64,000 nucleotides of DNA from an uncultured archaeon (GTDB lineage: Archaea; Iainarchaeota; Iainarchaeia; Iainarchaeales; CSSED10-239). Made by a program: the position numbers and the translations under genes. The stretch is taken from contig CAZCAP010000002.1 of the NCBI GenBank assembly GCA_964496765.1, positions 33,694-97,693 of the forward strand, written 5' to 3'. A model generated the notes under the pieces. It worked only from the letters and a program-made list of their open reading frames with translations. It was not told the origin of the DNA and did no database searches. Positions 58,042 through 64,000 of this stretch are shown in pieces; the first letter of the stretch is position 1, and each line of letters starts with the position of its first letter.

Positions 58042-58806
58042 TTTTCTTGCTGCAAAATTAAACATCCAACTAACTATCCAAAATTGTAATAGCCACACAA
58101 TAAACTTGTTTTTAAATCCAGCTATATACACACTACTACCTCTTTCTACCTTTCTAATGGATCTTTTAACTACCTTATTTACTCTCATCCAAAACATGTT
58201 TGGAACGTAATTTATGTTATAGCTTTTTAAAAAATTAGTTTTTACAAATCCTGGGCAAAGAGCTTGAAAGTGCACGTTGAAGTTATTTGCTTTCATTTCA
58301 TCAATCAAAGTTTCTGTGAAAATTCTGATGTATGCCTTTGTAGAATTATATATTGCATTACTTTTACTGGTTGTTATGAATGAAGCCATGGATGATACAT
58401 TAATAATATATCCTTTGTTTTGTTTAATCATTAGTGGTAGTATTGCTCCCGTTAGTTGTGTTGTTGCAAGAACGTGAACAAATATTTCATTCTTTGCTGC
58501 CTCTGGGTCCATTTTATAAAAGTAGGTTGGATACCCAAACCCAGCACAGTTAACTAAATATGCAATATTTTTAATTTGAGATAATTCTTTTACTGCTCTT
58601 TTAATTTCTTCTTCTCTAGATAGATCACAGGGGAATACAATACACTTTACTTTGTATTTTTTAGTTATGTCTGTTGCTATTTTTTCAAGTTCAGCTTTTC
58701 TTCTGGAAACCAACACAATATTGTATTTCTTTTCTGCAAGTTGGTTTACAAACTCAAGTCCAATTCCACTTGAGGCACCTGTAATTATTGCATATGCTTG
58801 ACTCAT
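58027..58806 (-). CDS. Short-chain dehydrogenase/reductase (SDR) family oxidoreductase
   Basis: 259 aa. The Rossmann motif is ITGASSGIGLEF. The catalytic residues are S..YNSTKAY (YxxxK). Confidence 0.8.
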   Translation of the reverse strand: MSQAYAIITGASSGIGLEFVNQLAEKKYNIVLVSRRKAELEKIATDITKKYKVKCIVFPCDLSREEEIKRAVKELSQIKNIAYLVNCAGFGYPTYFYKMDPEAAKNEIFVHVLATTQLTGAILPLMIKQNKGYIINVSSMASFITTSKSNAIYNSTKAYIRIFTETLIDEMKANNFNVHFQALCPGFVKTNFLKSYNINYVPNMFWMRVNKVVKRSIRKVERGSSVYIAGFKNKFIVWLLQFWIVSWMFNFAARKSHIK

Positions 58807-58855
58807 ATCTATCCCTTTTTAATTATTCTTATTATCAAACAGTTTAAGAATTATT

Positions 58856-59275
58856 TTGTTTTATATATTCTTGATTATGAATAAACTTATCTCTGATTGG
58901 AGTATATATCTTGATGTTCTAGAATCAATAATGGAATTTTCAAAGAGTTTTTATCCTCTTGAGTTCTCTGGAATTTTATATTGTGATCTTGAAAAAAAGA
59001 TTATAAAAGATATTTACATTCTTCCTGGAACTCAGAGTGGGAGAACAAGTGCGGTGCTGCGAATGGACCTTGCACCCATGACCTTTAATCTAGCTGGATC
59101 TGTTCATTCTCATCCATTAGGGTATGGAGAAGCATCTAATGCAGATTTAAACTTTTTCTCAAGCAAGCAGGTAAATATAATCGCCTATCCTCCATTTTCT
59201 CTAAATTCCTATAGGGTTTATAATAAACAAGGAAAAATTATTGAGTTACTAGTGATTTCTAGACCAAAAACGTGA
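58856..59275 (+). CDS. JAMM/MPN+ domain metalloprotease-like protein
   Basis: 139 aa. The JAMM motif is E...HSHPLGYGEASNAD (H-x-H-x7-S-x2-D) with the upstream Glu (LEFSG). Confidence 0.6.
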   Translation: MFYIFLIMNKLISDWSIYLDVLESIMEFSKSFYPLEFSGILYCDLEKKIIKDIYILPGTQSGRTSAVLRMDLAPMTFNLAGSVHSHPLGYGEASNADLNFFSSKQVNIIAYPPFSLNSYRVYNKQGKIIELLVISRPKT

Positions 59276-59423
59276 TTTAGTAGATAGTTTTATAAACGTT
59301 TCCGGAAAGGGTTTTATTTCTTTTGGAAGATATATTAATTTAGTTGTAGGGTCATTATTTATTTTTAATAAAAATAGTTTTGATTTTCTTAGAATTAGAT
59401 TAAATTTTATTACAGCTATTAGT

Positions 59424-59945
59424 GTGGATATTATGGATGAAACAAAAAAACAAGAAGAAAAAGAAGAAATTGTTGAACAAACAATAGACCAGAAAGAGGA
59501 TGTGGTTGAGTCCCTAACCAAAAAAATACAGGATTCCTTGGAACAGCTAAAAAGAACACAGGCTGACTTTATTAATTACAAAGCCAGGGTTCTAAAGGAC
59601 ACACAAGATCTTGTATTTTTACAAACAAAAGAAATTGCTCTGGAGTTAATTGCATTTAAAGAATTAGTATTAATTTCAATGAAGAATGAGGAACATGATG
59701 AAACAAAAAAAGTACTTTCTTTATTACTTGAAAAAATAGATAATTCTTTATCAAGATTAAATATAACTAAGATTATTTTGAAGGATAATATTCCAGATTA
59801 TAATCTTTGCGAGTGCATAAATACAATCAATGTAACTAATAAGGAAGATAATAACAAAATAATAGAAATAATCGAAGATGGATACTTATACAATAAAAAA
59901 TTAATTAAACCTATAAAAGTAGTTATAGGTAAATTGGAGGAATAA
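59424..59945 (+). CDS. grpE: Nucleotide exchange factor GrpE
   Basis: 173 aa. The ADFINYKARV motif matches the GrpE signature ADFENYRKR. It lies immediately upstream of dnaK. Confidence 0.8.
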   Translation: MDIMDETKKQEEKEEIVEQTIDQKEDVVESLTKKIQDSLEQLKRTQADFINYKARVLKDTQDLVFLQTKEIALELIAFKELVLISMKNEEHDETKKVLSLLLEKIDNSLSRLNITKIILKDNIPDYNLCECINTINVTNKEDNNKIIEIIEDGYLYNKKLIKPIKVVIGKLEE

Positions 59946-61778
<1,833 letters not shown>

Positions 61779-61816
61779 TTTCTTCTCCTATTTATTTTTT
61801 TTGGACATGAAAGAAT

Positions 61817-62992
61817 ATGGCAGAAAAAGACTTGTACAAAATACTTGGAGTAAATAAAAACGCAAGTATTGATGATATAAAAAAAGCATATAAGGAGCTT
61901 GCAAAAAAATATCATCCAGATATAGCTGGACCAACTGCTGATGCAGAAAAATTCAAAGAAATAAGTAATGCCTATTCTATACTTTCTGATTCAGAAAAAA
62001 GAAAACAATATGATACCTTTGGAGAAAACATTGGATCTGGTGGTCAAGGATACAATTACTATGGAGGCCAAGGCTTTGGTGGTGGTTTTTCACAGGGCTT
62101 TGCAGGATTTGATTTTAGAGATATCTTCTCTCAGTTTATGGAAGAAGAAGAAGATGATGAAAATGGTTTTTTTAGAAGATTTACTGGTGGAGGAAGAACC
62201 AGAAGATCAAGAAATCAACAGGATTTAAATCTAGTTTATAGAATTGAAGTTGATTTTAAAACATCCTACACTGGTGGTAAAGAAAGATTAGAAATTTATA
62301 AAGAAGGATTATGTTCTTCTTGTTCAGGAAGTGGTTCAGTATCTGGGAAGAGAGCAATTTGTGATTCTTGTCATGGAAAGGGAAGAGTAGTTACTTCAAG
62401 AAGAACACCCTTTGGAATGTTTTCTGTTCAAACAACCTGTTCTAAATGTAATGGAGAGGGCGAAATAATAACAGATCCCTGCAAAAGCTGCTCTGGAAAA
62501 GGTTATGAAAAAATTAAAAGAACAATTTCTGTGGATATCCCTGCTGGTATTTCTGAAAACGATGTTATTAGAGTGCAGGGAGAAGGAAATGAAAGAGAGC
62601 ATGAAAAAGGAGATCTTTATTTAAAAATAAGTGTTAAAGAAAATACTTTCTTTAAACGTGAGAAGAATGATCTCTATTGTGATGTCCCCATAACATTCAC
62701 TGATCTAATCCTTGGGACTAGTTTTAAATTAAATTTATTTGGTAATCTTGTAAAAATTAAAGTTCCTAGTCACACCAAAGCTAACACAATTATAAAGATG
62801 AAGGGGGATGGGTTTGTGGATGTTAAAGGTGGTGGAAGACCAGGTTCTTTATTTGTTAGATTAATTCCAGAAATTCCAGAAAAAATGAATAGTGAGTATA
62901 AAGATTTAATAAAAAATCTTTCAAAAATAGAAGAATCAACAATAAAGAAAGAAATAAAGAAAAAATATAGTGAATATATTGTTGATGACTAA
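61817..62992 (+). CDS. dnaJ: Molecular chaperone DnaJ (Hsp40, type I)
   Basis: 391 aa. The J-domain is DLYKILGVNKNASIDDIKKAYKELAKKYHPD. A G/F-rich region and four CxxCxGxG zinc repeats (CSSCSGSG, CDSCHGKG, CSKCNGEG, CKSCSGKG) are present. Confidence 0.9.
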   Translation: MAEKDLYKILGVNKNASIDDIKKAYKELAKKYHPDIAGPTADAEKFKEISNAYSILSDSEKRKQYDTFGENIGSGGQGYNYYGGQGFGGGFSQGFAGFDFRDIFSQFMEEEEDDENGFFRRFTGGGRTRRSRNQQDLNLVYRIEVDFKTSYTGGKERLEIYKEGLCSSCSGSGSVSGKRAICDSCHGKGRVVTSRRTPFGMFSVQTTCSKCNGEGEIITDPCKSCSGKGYEKIKRTISVDIPAGISENDVIRVQGEGNEREHEKGDLYLKISVKENTFFKREKNDLYCDVPITFTDLILGTSFKLNLFGNLVKIKVPSHTKANTIIKMKGDGFVDVKGGGRPGSLFVRLIPEIPEKMNSEYKDLIKNLSKIEESTIKKEIKKKYSEYIVDD

Positions 62993-63038
62993 ATAATGCA
63001 CTAAATACCTTTTTATTGTTTTCTAACATAATATATGT

Positions 63039-64000
63039 ATGTCTAATTATAAGCAAGAAAAATCAAGTTCTTTCTTTATTAAAAAGATAAATAATAAAGA
63101 AATTAAGGTACTTGCAAGCAAAACCCTATTTTCTAAGATCCCTTTTTCTGCATTTGAACAACTTGAATCTATTTCTTTGATTAAAGAAGTTGAAAGTCCA
63201 ATTATTGCTCATCCAGATATTCAACCAGGATTTTCTGTTCCCATTGGAACTGTTTTTTTAAGTAATGCAAAAACAGGAATTATTTCCCCATCAGCAATTG
63301 GGTTTGATATTAATTGTGGAATTAGATTAATTAAAACAAATTTATTTTTAAAAGATATTTCTAAAGAGCAACTTTTATCTCTTAAAAATGAACTAACTAA
63401 ACTTCCTCTTGGTTTGTCTAAAAAAGGAATGAAGATAACTAGAAAGGATTTAGACAATATATTAAATAATGGAATTAATTGGTGTGTTTCTAAAAAAATG
63501 TGTTCAAAGGAGCACTCTAAAAGAATAGATATGGGGGGATGCTATGCAGGAGCAAGTTCTTCTTTTGTTTCCAAGGAAGCAAAGGAACTTGGGCTTCTTG
63601 AGCTTGGAACGCTAGGGGAAGGTAATCATTTTATTGATGTTCTTATTGTTTCTGATATTTGTAATAAGTCTCTTGCGACTAAATATAAACTTAAGAAAAA
63701 TCAAATAATAATTTTAATTCATAGTGGCTCTCGTGGTCTTGGGCACAGAGTAGCAACAGACTATAATAAGCTATGTGAAAATAAACATCCTTTTACATAT
63801 ACTAAATTTAATTCTAAGATTGGACAAGATTATTTTAAAGCAATGAAGGCAGCAGGAAATTTTGCCTTTGTTAATAGAGAGATTCTTTCAAAACAAATAC
63901 AATATATATTTTCTGTTATATTTGTTGGACACTCAAAAGTGAAATTAGATCTCATTTATGATCTTTGCCATAACACTGCAACTCTTGAAAAAATAAAAGG
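63039..64000 (+). CDS. rtcB: RNA-splicing ligase RtcB (3'-phosphate/5'-hydroxyl RNA ligase), N-terminal about 320 aa. The gene continues past the window end.
   Basis: ATG at 63039. The motifs HPDIQPGFSVPIGTV, GFDINCGIRL, GEGNHFIDV, IHSGSRGLGH and DLCHNTA are present. The frame is open to the window edge. It is not in the ORF track because no stop lies inside the window. Confidence 0.85.
   Translation, partial: MSNYKQEKSSSFFIKKINNKEIKVLASKTLFSKIPFSAFEQLESISLIKEVESPIIAHPDIQPGFSVPIGTVFLSNAKTGIISPSAIGFDINCGIRLIKTNLFLKDISKEQLLSLKNELTKLPLGLSKKGMKITRKDLDNILNNGINWCVSKKMCSKEHSKRIDMGGCYAGASSSFVSKEAKELGLLELGTLGEGNHFIDVLIVSDICNKSLATKYKLKKNQIIILIHSGSRGLGHRVATDYNKLCENKHPFTYTKFNSKIGQDYFKAMKAAGNFAFVNREILSKQIQYIFSVIFVGHSKVKLDLIYDLCHNTATLEKIK

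Overview
This is an AT-rich, densely coded archaeal chromosome segment. The archaeal assignment rests on both DNA polymerase D subunits, the EF-1alpha/S10 pair, TFE, an RFC small subunit, Elp3, Trm56, Taw3, Cdc48 and an initiator tRNA with an A1:U72 pair. Shine-Dalgarno-like GGTGA spacers are common. Small proteins and low-complexity surface proteins suggest a DPANN-like lineage, but that is inference.

Core informational genes present are secD/secF, a NOG1 GTPase, PolD DP1 and DP2, rps10-tuf, mutS-mutL, four tRNAs (Phe, Lys-UUU, Lys-CUU, iMet), Trm56, TFE and a cobO-nrdJ-dut nucleotide cluster. Also present are a KaiC-like ATPase, Cdc48, topoisomerase I, Lrp, an MtaB-like methylthiotransferase, RFC, an SDR, a JAMM protein, grpE-dnaK-dnaJ and rtcB (3' partial).

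Two accessory-looking regions stand out.

1. A roughly 3.7 kb segment (30.1-33.9 kb) lies directly downstream of tRNA-iMet.
- It carries a dense array of GTAATTAC palindromes, a winged-helix-like protein, three orphan ORFs and a XerA-type tyrosine recombinase gene.
- A single TAA separates the recombinase gene from a 153-codon stop-free frame in the same reading frame.
- The segment is flanked by inverted copies of a 20-mer, TTGTTATATTTGTTGGACAC, both in the frame that encodes LLYLLD.
- The same 20-mer recurs, exact or with one mismatch, at two further intergenic sites and inside two unrelated genes.

2. A roughly 9.5 kb archaeal type IV pilus locus (48.6-58.0 kb) lies immediately after rfcS.
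- It encodes a VirB11/FlaI-family ATPase, two TadB/C-like membrane proteins and six pilins whose signal peptides share a K-[GA]-Q-x-x-x-E motif.
- It also encodes an enlarged EppA-like prepilin peptidase, a membrane-anchored OB-fold protein and further membrane proteins.

Other points of interest are a small Cys-rich ORF in a locally GC-rich patch, two very large N/K-rich surface proteins, and a hairpin plus T-tract terminator after a pilin gene. No CRISPR array, rRNA or intein was seen.
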